Sequence record: MK250029.1 | Direction: 5' to 3' (one strand) | DNA length: 64,000 nt | Part shown: piece after piece, positions 1 through 11,307 of the stretch | How the letters are laid out: every line of letters begins with the position of its first letter | Numbering within the stretch: the first letter of the stretch is position 1 | Program-made: the position numbers and the translations under genes | The notes under the pieces: model-generated | Told to the model about the DNA's origin: nothing | What the model saw: only the letters and a program-made list of their open reading frames with translations | The model's database searches: none

Positions 1-1
1 A

Positions 2-1402
2 CAAGGAAAAGGACTTAAAATCATATCTTTAAATAACACATGTCCAGATTTTCTTACATATATAAGAAATAGATTTAATGACACTACAGGTAATGAAATG
101 GTTAGAGAATTAATTTATAGAATTGAATATGAAATAGAAGAGCATCCTAAATGTCCAGTATGTGGAAAACCTCTTGCATTTTATAAACGAGAATGGAAAT
201 ATAAAAGTTTCTGTTCTCAAGAATGTAAAAATTCAGATAAAGGTAAAGAAATAATACAATAGAAAACAGTAGAAACAAATTTAAAACGATATGGATGTGA
301 AGTTAGTTCATAGAATAAAGAAGTAAAAGAAAAAATGAAGCAAACATGTTTAGAAAAATATGGTGTTGATTGTACTCTTAAAGATAATGATATAAAAAAT
401 AAAACAATAAATACATGGTTATTAAATTATGGGGTTTCACACCCACATAAATCAGATAAAATTAAATAGAAGATTAAAGAAACATGTTNNNNNNNNNNNN
501 NNNNNNNNNNNCCATTTGAATTAAAAGAAATACGTAATAAAGCAAAATAGACATGTTTAAAAAAGTATGGTGTTGAATATGCTATGCAAAATGAACAAAT
601 TAAAAAGAAAAATAAAGATACATGTTTAAATAATTATGGTGTTGAATATGTCACTCAAACTGAATTATTTAAATAGAAATCTAAAGAATCATGTTTAAAT
701 CGATATGGTACTGAATATGTAATGTAGTCTGATTTATTTAAGAAACGCACAAAGCAAACATGTTTAGAAAAATATGGAGTTGAATATATTATGCAATCAG
801 ATATATTTAAATAGAAATCTAAGCAAACATGCATAGAAAAATATGGAGTTGAATATCCAATACAATCAGATATATTTAAATAGAAATCTAAACAAACATG
901 TTTAAATCATTTTGGATGTGAATACCCAGCGTAGAATAAAGAGATTATGTTAAAAGTATTTAATACACGTATTAAATTAAGTAAAGGAAAATGCTTTTCA
1001 AAAAAAGAAAATGAAATATATGATTATTTAATTACATTAGATAAAGATACTAAAAGATAGTATTATTCAGAATTATATCCATTTCATTGTGATTTTTATT
1101 TACCTAAATATGATTTATACATAGAATATCAAGGTATGTGGACGCATGGAAAACACCCTTTTAATAAAAATGATGAAAATGATATAGAAATACTTAATAA
1201 TTGGAAAATTAAATCAGAAGCAAGTAAATTTTATAAAAGCGCTATACAAAATTGGACTATAACCGATCCATTGAAAAGAAAAACAGCGAAAGATAATAAA
1301 TTAAATTATTTAGAACTATTTCCTAATGATTTATATAAAGATAAGATAAATAATTACTTAAATAAGTTAATATTGAAAATAAATATTAAAAATATATATT
1401 AA
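2..1402 (+). CDS. Homing-endonuclease-like protein (5' partial): Zn-binding CxxC motifs, ~22-aa TCLEKYGVEY repeats, C-terminal PD-(D/E)XK/Vsr-like nuclease domain
   Basis: Frame from base 2 is open to TAA 1402 if TAG=Q. CPVC and FCSQEC motifs; repeated KQTCLEKYGV; C-terminal YPFHCDFYLPKYDLYIEYQG. Confidence 0.75.
260..930 (+). repeat. Coding tandem repeats, ~66 bp/22 aa period (KYG repeats)
   Basis: Near-identical copies of gaaaaatatggagttgaatat...caatcagatatatttaaatagaaatct at ~775 and ~838. Confidence 0.85.
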
Positions 1403-1407
1403 CTTAA

Positions 1408-2145
1408 ATGACAAGATCTGAATTTATAGAATACCTAAAATCAGAAATTACAATGAGTNNNNNNNNNNNNNNNNNNNNNNNNNNNNNNNNNNNNNNNNNN
1501 NNNNNNNNNNNNNNNNNNNNNNNNNNNNNNNNNNNNNNNNNNNNNNNNNNNNNNNNNNNNNNNNNNNNNNNNNNNNNNNNNNNNNNNNNNNNNNNNNNNN
1601 NNNNNNNGAATAGGTGTATTAAGTTTCCGGATTGTGTTTTAAGTGTTGTTCAATTTATGGAGCTCAAACGTAAAAATTCCATGTGGGGTATTGCAGACCC
1701 GGATTTATCATGGAATCGAATGTTTCAGACAGATATGTGGATGGGACCATAGATGGCAATGGATACTGTTATGTTTAGGACTATATAGTGGTCTAATTGG
1801 GATTAGTTGAAGCAGTTTAATTTGGTTGATATAAAGCATAGATGGAATAGACCTACACATTAGTTATTTGTAACTGGACATGATCCATATAATGATGTAT
1901 ATTGTGAATTAGCAACAAAGGTAGATGATTAGGATTTATTTGAAGATCCTTGGGTTAGACAATGGATTGCAGCTAAGTGTAAATTATAGGTAGTAAAGAA
2001 ATTAGGTACATTTACAGTAACAGCGATAGGTGGTGTAACAGTAAATACTGGAACATATTCTGAAGAAGCGAATAATGATATAAATGATTGTAAGGAATAT
2101 TGGAAAAATCTTTAGTAGGCCGACTTTTTCGAAACTGGTTATTAA
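1408..2145 (+). CDS. T4 gp13-like neck protein (245 aa, code 15, spans an N gap)
   Basis: MTRSEFIEY start; C-terminal DPWVRQWIAAKCKLQVVKKLGTFTVTAIGGVTVN resembles the gp13 DRWxKxYxxAxxKxQWGxxLxKF..PGGVTLNG motif; TAA at 2143-2145. Confidence 0.7.
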
Positions 2146-2170
2146 TTTAATGATTATTAATATATGTGAT

Positions 2171-2219
2171 AATAGGATATTATATTTTAGATGATTAAAA
2201 TATAGTATCCTATATTTTT
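2171..2219 (+). terminator. Intrinsic terminator-like hairpin
   Basis: ATAGGATATTATATTTTA...TAAAATATAGTATCCTAT followed by a T-rich tract. Confidence 0.6.
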
Positions 2220-2261
2220 ATAAAATAAATAATGTAAATTTAATAATAGATTTAAATAACA

Positions 2262-3665
2262 ATGGGATATAAAAGATATGGTAGTAGTGAGTCTGTGCCA
2301 ACGTTTAATGATGATAATAATGGAGAAGCTGTTTCAAATGGCATTTTAAAAAATTCATCAAAGAAAGAAATATATTTTGGTATTAAGAAACCAAAATCTG
2401 CTGCAGATTCAGATAAACCTTGGCGAGAATTAACAACAGATGATTTTAATACATAGATAACAAGTGAAACTACTGGATGTTCTGCAACAATAACGTAGAA
2501 TACTAATGATTTGACAAATAAAACAGGTATAATAACATATACATTATCTAAAAATACAACAGGTAGTGCGAGATTAATAACATTTAAATATAATGGTACT
2601 GAATTATTTAAAATAAATTAGGATGCTGATGATAATATTTATGTGTATTTTAGAAAATGGAAAGTACCTGTCTCATATTATGAACATTATATTGTATGTA
2701 CCCAAACTGATTTTAATATAGTTTTTATACATAATTTAGATTCAATATCAGGTGCGATTATTAATACTAACAAAACAACAGATGTTGTTTTATATCATGT
2801 CACTAATAATAAAGATATTAGTAATATTTTTTTGAATAAAACAATAAAAACACTTATATCAAATAATACATTAACATATGTTACTGGGAAAGAATTTAGT
2901 AATGATGAAAATGAATTAATAGAAGCACCAATAAAAATAATACACATGTATAGAAATGTTCAACTTCAATTAAATGATGTTACAGATAATAGCAAAATGT
3001 ATGTATATGGTGGGAGACAAGATTCAACACAAGGTGATCAAATTAATTTTGATTTTTTAACCAATGAATTATATAATACTATAGATTGGTCTAATACTAA
3101 TAATGATGATGATGTTAGGTCTATTGGAAAATATAAATTAAATAGTACAACAAAGTATACAGTAATATGGGATCTTCAAAATGGTAATATAAATGGTAAT
3201 ACATCTAGTATTCAAGATATTGTTAATTCTGGAGATACTGTAAGTTTTTCAAAATATAAACCTGTTAGAACAAATTATATATTTAATGGTTGGTCTAGTA
3301 ATATTTCAGCAACATCTGGAAGTACAGTAGGAAATTCAGCACCAATTACATAGCATACAACATTTTTTGCTATTTGGAAATAGCTTAATAAAACAGTTAC
3401 ATTTAGATTTGGAAATTCAATAACTAATATTGTAATTACATGGAATGACTCTTCATTACCAGATGTTGAATTTACTATAAAAATAAAAGATATTACTAAT
3501 AACAGTACATTTAATATTACAATTCCAAAAAATTATTAGTCTTCTAGTTATACAACTAATAAAACATTTATTTCTGGACATTAGTATTAGCTTGTAAGCT
3601 GTTCACCGCCAAAATTTGGTAATACTACATATCAAGTTTTTACTGGTGTAATATCTGGAATGTAA
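2262..3665 (+). CDS. Putative virion fibre/adhesin with a Listeria-Bacteroides (Flg_new/InlB B) repeat, 467 aa
   Basis: ORFs 2262 and 2643 join through TAG; YTVIWDLQNG...PVRTNYIFNGWS...PITQHTTFFAIWK (~3150-3380) is a typical B-repeat. Confidence 0.6.
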
Positions 3666-3671
3666 TATATT

Positions 3672-3710
3672 AAATTCGTTATTCAATGTCGTTTTGAATA
3701 ACGAATTTTT
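3672..3710 (+). terminator. Intrinsic terminator
   Basis: AAATTCGTTATTCAA / TTGAATAACGAATTT stem plus T-run. Confidence 0.75.
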
Positions 3711-3732
3711 TATTTATGTAATTTAAGTTGCA

Positions 3733-3758
3733 GGATTTTATATTTAGACGTAGATATA
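3733..3758 (+). promoter_or_regulatory. 26-bp upstream motif, copy 1
   Basis: GGATTTTATATTTAGACGTAGATATA, identical to 4728-4753, 15 nt before the ATG. Confidence 0.6.
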
Positions 3759-3773
3759 TAAAATGTATTTTCC

Positions 3774-4706
3774 ATGGCAATATATAAAAAGAATGAAGTT
3801 GATTTAGTGACGACATATACAGTTGAAATTGATTATTATTTAGATGACACTGTATTTAATGGGGAGTATCTAAAAAATGAAGACGGTCAGCTTGTATATT
3901 TTGGTTTACAAAATGTAGATGGTGATTATCTGAATAAATTAAGTGATGTTGATTTAACAAATTGTATAACATCAGATGATAATAACTATACAATTAAATT
4001 AGAAAAAGTAGATAATACAGCGGCTAAAATATTTGTAAATAAGCCAAAAAAGAAATTAACTTTAGATAAAAGAAAAAAAAGTGTTAGTTTTTATTATACT
4101 AATATATTAGGTAAGAATAACGTTCTATTTAATATATTTTATCATCCAAAAATATGTCATTATTCTAGAATTTATAATATATATTAGATTTATAAAATAT
4201 CAACACCAACATTTTCATTTAATAATTTATATTATGTAATTAATTATAATGGTACTAGTGGAGTAATAGATATAGATGTATTAAAAACAGCATCAACTAT
4301 TGATATTACATCAAATGATTTAGATAAGACATTTTTGCATGATGACAATTTTACTCACGCATTACCCTCAAATATAAACAATTTAATATATACATATTAT
4401 AGTACCGACCATACCTATTGGTATTTATATGAAAGTGGTTATACACCGATAGATCTTCTTAGTAAACATTATGATAGAATATTTTCTGTTAATACAGACT
4501 TTTCTTCATTAAGAGGAATTTTTGATTATAAAATGAATAGAATAAATGGCACGTTTAATTCTGGGGATGACGGTTATGTATATTTTTGTGCAATTAATCA
4601 TACAAATAATACAGTTGTACCTGTATTTAAAATGAATGGAAACACTATTATAGAAAGAAACAAAAATGTTCCAGAAGATACATATACAACATATATTATT
4701 AAATAA
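3774..4706 (+). CDS. Hypothetical beta-rich protein, possibly virion-associated, 310 aa
   Basis: ORFs 3774 and 4335 are in frame through one TAG at 4185-4187. Confidence 0.7.
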
Positions 4707-4727
4707 CGTTATGTAAATTAAAATATG

Positions 4728-4753
4728 GGATTTTATATTTAGACGTAGATATA
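4728..4753 (+). promoter_or_regulatory. 26-bp upstream motif, copy 2
   Basis: Identical to 3733-3758, 19 nt before ATG 4773. Confidence 0.6.
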
Positions 4754-4772
4754 AAAATATATTTTAATTTTT

Positions 4773-5618
4773 ATGTCAACATATAAAGAAACAACAGAAC
4801 GAGAATTTCATATAATTAATTTTATAGATAAATCATTAGTTACATTTACGCCTGATCCAAATATAGGTACGATAGGACTATTAGTAAAAGGTGTAAGTGT
4901 AAAGGATTCAAATAAAAAAGATGTTTTTATAGGATTAACTGATGGCACAAAGTTTAAATATTTAACTAATGATGATTATAACATCTATTATCAATCTAGT
5001 GATTCAATATATATTACTAAATATGGAGGTTCACAAGGTTGGCCTATATACTTGGATGTTTATAAAGAAAATATAGGGATAACAGCACATATAAAATATT
5101 TATATAATGGAGTATCTAACTATTTTTTTACTATCAATTACATACCATATGAAGTATTGCTTATGAATATTACTTATTCTGGATATAGAGAAAATATATA
5201 CTTATTTATTGAAGAATTACCATAGTCATACAGTGTAAGTCCAAATAAACATATTGCATTATATTCTGGTGTATCTGGTGATTTATCATCATATGGAACA
5301 ACTATATATTATGATCCTATGAACATATTAGTTGAAAAAGACAAAAGTATTAAGTATTATGTTGATAGAGGCGTAATAATATATAAATCTGGTGACCCTT
5401 TAAATCTTACTCTAGAAAAGTATATAAGAGAAGTAACATTTGTAAATAAACCTTATACAAATAAGGATAAGGATACAATAGAAATAGCAGCAACGGATGA
5501 AATATATTGTTATGAATATAGTGATAATAAGTGGAAATTAAATGGTCATTGTACATTTATGAAACCAAATGGTAAAAAAGAACCATTAGTTTATAAAAGT
5601 GTTGCACATTATTAGTAA
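4773..5618 (+). CDS. Hypothetical beta-rich protein, 281 aa
   Basis: ORFs 4773 and 5319 join through TAG; ends TAG-TAA. Confidence 0.7.
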
Positions 5619-5678
5619 AATATTAATTAAAAAATATTCATGAATAAATAATAAAAAGTTATTTTTGATATATTTTTT

Positions 5679-6089
5679 ATGAAACATAATATTCCATTAA
5701 ATATACTAGATGAATATGCAAAAACAATTTCATCAAAATAGGTAAAAATGCTTTATGAATCAAAATGTAATAAAAAATTTAAGAAAGCATTATATGAAAA
5801 TATGAAATATCAAAATGATAATAGTTTTTCAATATACTTAAATGATTTTACATTAGATGAAGCTCATTCATCTGTTGATAAAGCATTAGTACGTTATGTA
5901 AGGAAACATAAACTTCAATATAATAAAGTCAGCGATGGTGTTTATTTTTATACACCTCTTGAAGAAAATTATATTTCCTTATTAGAAAATCTTGTTCAAG
6001 ACGGATTTGATATAGATTTATTAAAAGAAAATGTAGATTCACAAAAAGCTACAGTTTATTTAGAAAAATTAAAGTTAAATAAGAAATGA
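5679..6089 (+). CDS. Hypothetical protein with LYE motifs, possibly head-internal, 136 aa
   Basis: ATG 5679 is in frame with 5748 through one TAG; AATAAATA at 5643-5650. Confidence 0.65.
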
Positions 6090-6769
6090 TAAAGATTAGA
6101 AGACGTAAACCTATTTTTGAGGATGATTAGACTACATAGCAGCAACCAGCAACAACAGGTACAACAGCACAACCTACTGCAACACCTGCTCCTGCAAATA
6201 ATACAACAACTCCAGCTGCACCAACTCAGCCTCAACAACCTGCTCAACCTAATAATACTAACACACCTCAGCAACCTGCAGATCAAAATAATCAACAGCA
6301 ATAGCAACAACCTAATCCTAATGCTTAGAAAGTTGCAGATGTGTTGAAAAAAATGGAAAATACATGGTGGATGATTTCTGTTAATCTTCCTGATGAAATT
6401 CAAAAAGATATTCCAGATTTTAAACAAGGAAATCAATAGGCTGATAATGCTATTAAAGCATGGGGAACATTTAAGCAAAATCCGACAGAAGATACATTCA
6501 AACAATTCTTAGAAGGATTTAAAGCATTTGGTGGTGTAAATAATGATTAGACAAATAATCAATAGAATGGTCAACAACCAGCTGCACCAGCTCAGCCTCA
6601 ACAACCTGCATAGCAACCAGCTCAACCACAAACAAATGTTAACGCGGGATTAAAAGCTGCATATTCATTCAGAAAGAATCTTATGGAAAATCTTGAGATT
6701 GCAAATAAGAAAAAATATTATAATTCTGTTTGTGAAGATTATTTTGATAAAACTGAATTTACATTATAA
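6086..6769 (+). CDS. Q/P/T-rich low-complexity protein, 227 aa
   Basis: MIKIRRRKPIFEDDQTTQQQPA...; TAG codons sit inside CAA/CAG runs; TAA 6767-6769. Confidence 0.75.
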
Positions 6770-6791
6770 TAAAAATAAATGAATCTAAAAT

Positions 6792-7565
6792 ATGGTTAAA
6801 AAATATAAATATGTTTATAATCAAAAAACTGGACATTTTATAAAAAAACTAAATGAAGATGATTCAAATGTAAGTACAGATACACAACAATAGCAAAATA
6901 ATAATTCTAATACTACTTCATCAACAACTGATAATAAAGATACATCAACAAATAATACATCTTTTAAATCTGTTGAATCTGATGAAACAATTCAAAGTCT
7001 CAATGCAAAAATACAAGATAATGAAAATAAATTTCAATAGGATTTAAATACATAGCAGAAACTTTTAGATGCTGCTAAAGTTACTGCATCTAAAAAAACA
7101 CCAACAGGACCATATGACCCTGTTGCAACAGATGCAGACGTATTAAATATCATGAAAAAAATAAATGATATTACTAAACAACATGCTATTGATATTGCGA
7201 ATTTTCAAGATTAGAAATTAGCATAGCTATAGAAACTATCGCAAACAAATGAATCATATTATAAAATTCCAGAAAAATATAAATGGTTAAACGAATCTAA
7301 TATTCATACTGCAAAAATATATATGGGTGATCTGATAGCTCCAGATGATTAGCACATATTAAAAGGTATGGCTGATTTCAAACGTGCTTTTAAAGATACA
7401 GATTTATTATACGGGAAAGACAGAAATGGATACTTTCTTATCGCAGTTGATAAAGATGATATGACAAAAGCATTTGACACACTAGAAGAAATAGGATACC
7501 TTCGTGATGAAATAATTGATACAATGTTACCATAGGTATTAGATAGAACAAAAATGATTTTATAA
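6792..7565 (+). CDS. Hypothetical protein with N/T/S-rich linker and coiled coil, 257 aa
   Basis: Continuous frame under code 15; KKLNEDD near the N-terminus; TAA 7563-7565. Confidence 0.7.
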
Positions 7566-7605
7566 TTTATGAAAAATGAAATTTTATCATTTAATATTAT
7601 ATATA

Positions 7606-7650
7606 AAAAATAAAGGTTGATAATTTCGGAAATTATCAACCTTTATTTTT
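7606..7650. terminator. Bidirectional terminator between convergent genes
   Basis: AAAAATAAAGGTTGATAATTTC-G-GAAATTATCAACCTTTATTTTT. Confidence 0.85.
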
Positions 7651-8297
7651 TATAAACTTGCAATATATTTCTTTATACCTTCTACATGAATATCTGTAAT
7701 TATATTTCTACCTTCATTACTTAATAACCATGTAGCGTCTTCTTTATTATCCATAAACATATTTTCTGTTAAACATGCAGGACATGCAGTTTTTGATAAT
7801 ACATAGTAATTTGCTTCTTGATCAGGATCGCCATCTGAATTATCAGGACGTAATTTCTTACCCAATGGTTTTAATTTAGATTCTGCAACTTCATAGATAC
7901 ATGTTGCTAATTTATCTGCAGATGTTTGTCCTTTACTTGTATATACAGACCAACCTTGTGCATTCATCCATGAACCATTTCCAGCTGCGTTTACATGAAT
8001 AGAAATAAAAATTGCTTTATTTCCTTTTGCTTTTTCTTCTGCATATTTTGCATTTGCACGTTGTACACGAAGACTTAAATCATGTGATTGACTTGTAATC
8101 TCTTCCACTTCTGGATGAACAATATAACATCTATATCCTTCAGAAATTAACTTATTGTAAACTTCATATCCTATTGCACGAACATATGCATATTCTTTTA
8201 ACTATGTTTTACCATCGTCAAATACAGGACTGGATTTCCCTGGTGTTGAACTTCCATGCCCATTATCAAGCATTATTAAAATTTTCTCTTTATTCAT
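7650..8297 (-). CDS. N-acetylmuramoyl-L-alanine amidase (Amidase_3), candidate endolysin, 215 aa
   Basis: IMLDNGHG...LKEY, FISIHVNA and CLTENMFM Zn/catalytic motifs; N-terminus recovered through one TAG. Confidence 0.9.
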
Positions 8298-8309
8298 AAT
8301 TTAATACTT

Positions 8310-9266
8310 TTAATTATTTATTAATGTATAAGACCACCTAAAACCACCAGCAAAATTACGTTCATTTTTACATACTTTAGTTATATTACCAGTTGCCTTT
8401 AAATTAATAAATCTACCGGCTTCCTTAATACTATTAAATTCATTTAAATAATTCCAATCTTTATCATACTAATAAACTTTACGTGCATTTGTTGGCGTTC
8501 TACCATACATCCAATTATTTATACCTCTATTCTTATAATTTGGTTTTCCTTTAAGTATTTCACTTAAATGCTATTTCTATTTTTCCGATAAATGTGTACC
8601 TTTACATACATGTTCGTGTGTTTTATAATATTCTATCTTTTTCTATATTATTGTATTTCGATACTAATAATTTTGCCATAATTTAATGTGGGCATCTCTA
8701 TTTTTCTATTTTGATTCTTCTGTATGATTTCTTCCAAGCCATATATTTGTATGTGTTTTATAATATTCCGTTACAGCGTCTGATATTTTCTATTTAGTCT
8801 CTTCACTACGCTTAATACCTATCCATTTCTATGTATGTGTTTTATAATATTCTTTTAATACTTTTGATAATTTGTCTTTTGTTGACTCTGACATTTTTTT
8901 AAGCTCATGGTACGCACCTCCAGGTTGTAAATTTTCACATAAAGGGTCATTCTTATATAATTCACCGATAAATTCCTTTTCTTTTATAACATTTTCTTCT
9001 TCTGATATAGAAAAATCTAATATTATTTTATTATATGTTTCATTTAATATTTTTTTATATTTTTTAAAATAACATATAGGTATGGTTCCACTGCCTGTGT
9101 AACCATCAAAATCCGGGTGATCTATTATATACTACTATAAATCGGTAGTATTCATATTTTTTAATTCATCATTAGTTAAATGATAACAATGTTTACCTAT
9201 ATAATAATGATTAATTAATGTACCGTGTAAAAATATAATTTTATAAATATAGTATATAGTATTCAT
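8310..9266 (-). CDS. Free-standing GIY-YIG homing endonuclease with NUMOD3 repeats and a C-terminal NUMOD1-like domain, 318 aa
   Basis: YYIYKI...YYIGKH, YTGSG, NLQPGG; repeated (R/H)(S/T)EE(T/S)KQK; VYQYDKDWNYLNEFNSIKEA...AGGFRWSY; many TAG=Q. Confidence 0.85.
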
Positions 9267-9354
9267 GAAAATATAAATAATTTTATTATTTATATATCTA
9301 ATAATGATTAAATAAAAGAGTAAAGCATTATTAAAACTTTACTTTTTTCCATAA

Positions 9355-10830
9355 TTAATACATGTTATCATATAATTTGAATGTAAATACTGATAATTCT
9401 TTTAAGCAATTATTACTTAAACAAACACCATCTCCAGCAGCAGTTGGTGACAAGAAATTTTTATAATTATCAGAAATACTCTTATTTACTTTAATTGTTT
9501 TTCTATCTCTCTTTCCTTGTTTAATTTCTTCTTTACATCTATTTAAAATTGATGTTAAATTATCATATATCTATTGTACATCTTCTTTCTTCAACATATA
9601 AACAATATAATCAATATTACTTGTGCCTATATATCTAGGAAATAAAATGTATTTTATATTATCATCAGACAATATATCTAATTCTCCTTTTCTTGAAATA
9701 TTAATTCTGAAATTATCTTCACTTGATTTCTTTCTTTCTGCAACAGCAACACTAAATACAGAAGGGAAGTCCATTAAAGCATTAATATTTCTTACTATAA
9801 AATCTTGATTTCCTCTTCTTGCAGATTTATTGAAAAATGTAGATTTACCAAATTTTTTCATAAGCACGCCATTCAATCTTTCCTTTAAATGTGTAGATGA
9901 ATTATTATGTGAATAATCATATCTATCTTCATTTAAACTACGTTTAATACTAACTGCAATAGATTCAATTAATGATTTATATAACTAATTATTATTCATT
10001 TTTTCTGATACCTATTTTAATTTATTTATTGTATTTTTATCAATAATTGCATAATCATCTCCATCATATCGTATTTCAGAATTATCTGCTAATATATCAA
10101 AAAACTTAGGATTCTTTTTATCAAATTGATATATAGGTATATTATCTATACAAGTTGTACATGTATTTACAAATACTTTATTAAACTGTTTAAGTAATGA
10201 ATTAAGTAATGAAATACATGTAGTTTCATCCTATATAGATAATTGTCTTATATATACTATATCTGCAATACATTCTGATTTTATATTTAATAATTTTGGA
10301 AAATTACTGGCAAATCCATCTGATATTGTATAATCATTATTTGTCTTTACTCTTTGCTTATTATATATTACACAAAAAGAATCTCTTACATTATTATATG
10401 TAATGTCATCATAACCATATATAATTTTATCTGTTATAATATCATATTCATCATATAATATATTTGCAAATTTTATAATATAAAAATCATCATCACTTAT
10501 ACGCGTTTTATTGGTACTATACATATAAGGATAAACCTATATATATTCTATTCTTGTATAGTTATTATTAAATTTAAATGTTAAATAAATACAATCAGGA
10601 TTAAACGGTAATTTCATATTATCAAATGTTAGCTATTCTCCTTTATTATAATCCTTATAACAATCTTTATATAACATAATTAAATAATGATCATATATCT
10701 CATAGGATACTTTCATCCAATCAATTTCTTCAGCAAATCTGTGTGCGATTTTTTCTACATCATTAGATAATATAGCTGATGCTAAAATATCATTATCATC
10801 ATTAAAATCTATATCATTAAATAAATCCAT
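9355..10830 (-). CDS. Hypothetical protein, 491 aa, possibly a two-module fusion
   Basis: Track ORFs 10633-10830, 10231-10524 and 9571-9876 share one frame joined by TAG; TAA at 9355-9357. Confidence 0.65.
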
Positions 10831-10860
10831 TAAAATAAGTTACTATTTTAAATATTTATT

Positions 10861-11202
10861 TTAAAAGGGTAATTCTTCTCCAGGTTCCATAGGTAAAAAT
10901 GAAAGTGTTGGAATTATATCATGTTTTCTAAAATACTTTTTATGCATTTTCTTTGCAGTTCTCCATTCTCTTATAGATTCTCTTGAAACAGTAAAACTTG
11001 GACAATTTTCACAAATATCAAATATATTTTTATTTAATTCATTTTCAATTTCATATACTGGTCTATTATCATAATTTGGTTGTCGAGAACAACAAAACCA
11101 ATTAATATACATAGGATATGGATCATCTGTTACCATATCATCAAATGACTTATCATGTACGCATTTACAACCACAAAATTTTTTTCTTAATCTACTTTTC
11201 AT
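10861..11202 (-). CDS. Cys-rich hypothetical protein, 113 aa
   Basis: ORF track; CGCKC, CCS and CENC motifs; no TAG. Confidence 0.65.
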   Translation of the reverse strand: MKSRLRKKFCGCKCVHDKSFDDMVTDDPYPMYINWFCCSRQPNYDNRPVYEIENELNKNIFDICENCPSFTVSRESIREWRTAKKMHKKYFRKHDIIPTLSFLPMEPGEELPF

Positions 11203-11273
11203 ATCTGTTTAATTTAAAATATTATATAACATTTATATAATAATAAATCTATTAATGTTTGTTAAATTTTACT

Positions 11274-11281
11274 TATAAATA
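11274..11281 (+). promoter_or_regulatory. T4-like late promoter TATAAATA upstream of terminase
   Basis: Exact T4 late consensus 26 nt before ATG 11308. Confidence 0.5.
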
Positions 11282-11307
11282 TGTTAAATGCTAAATAATT
11301 TAATTAT

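Noticed and set aside
6056-6505. Track ORFs 6056-6505(-) and 6117-6347(+)
   Set aside because: Shadow frames of the Q/P-rich gene 6086-6769
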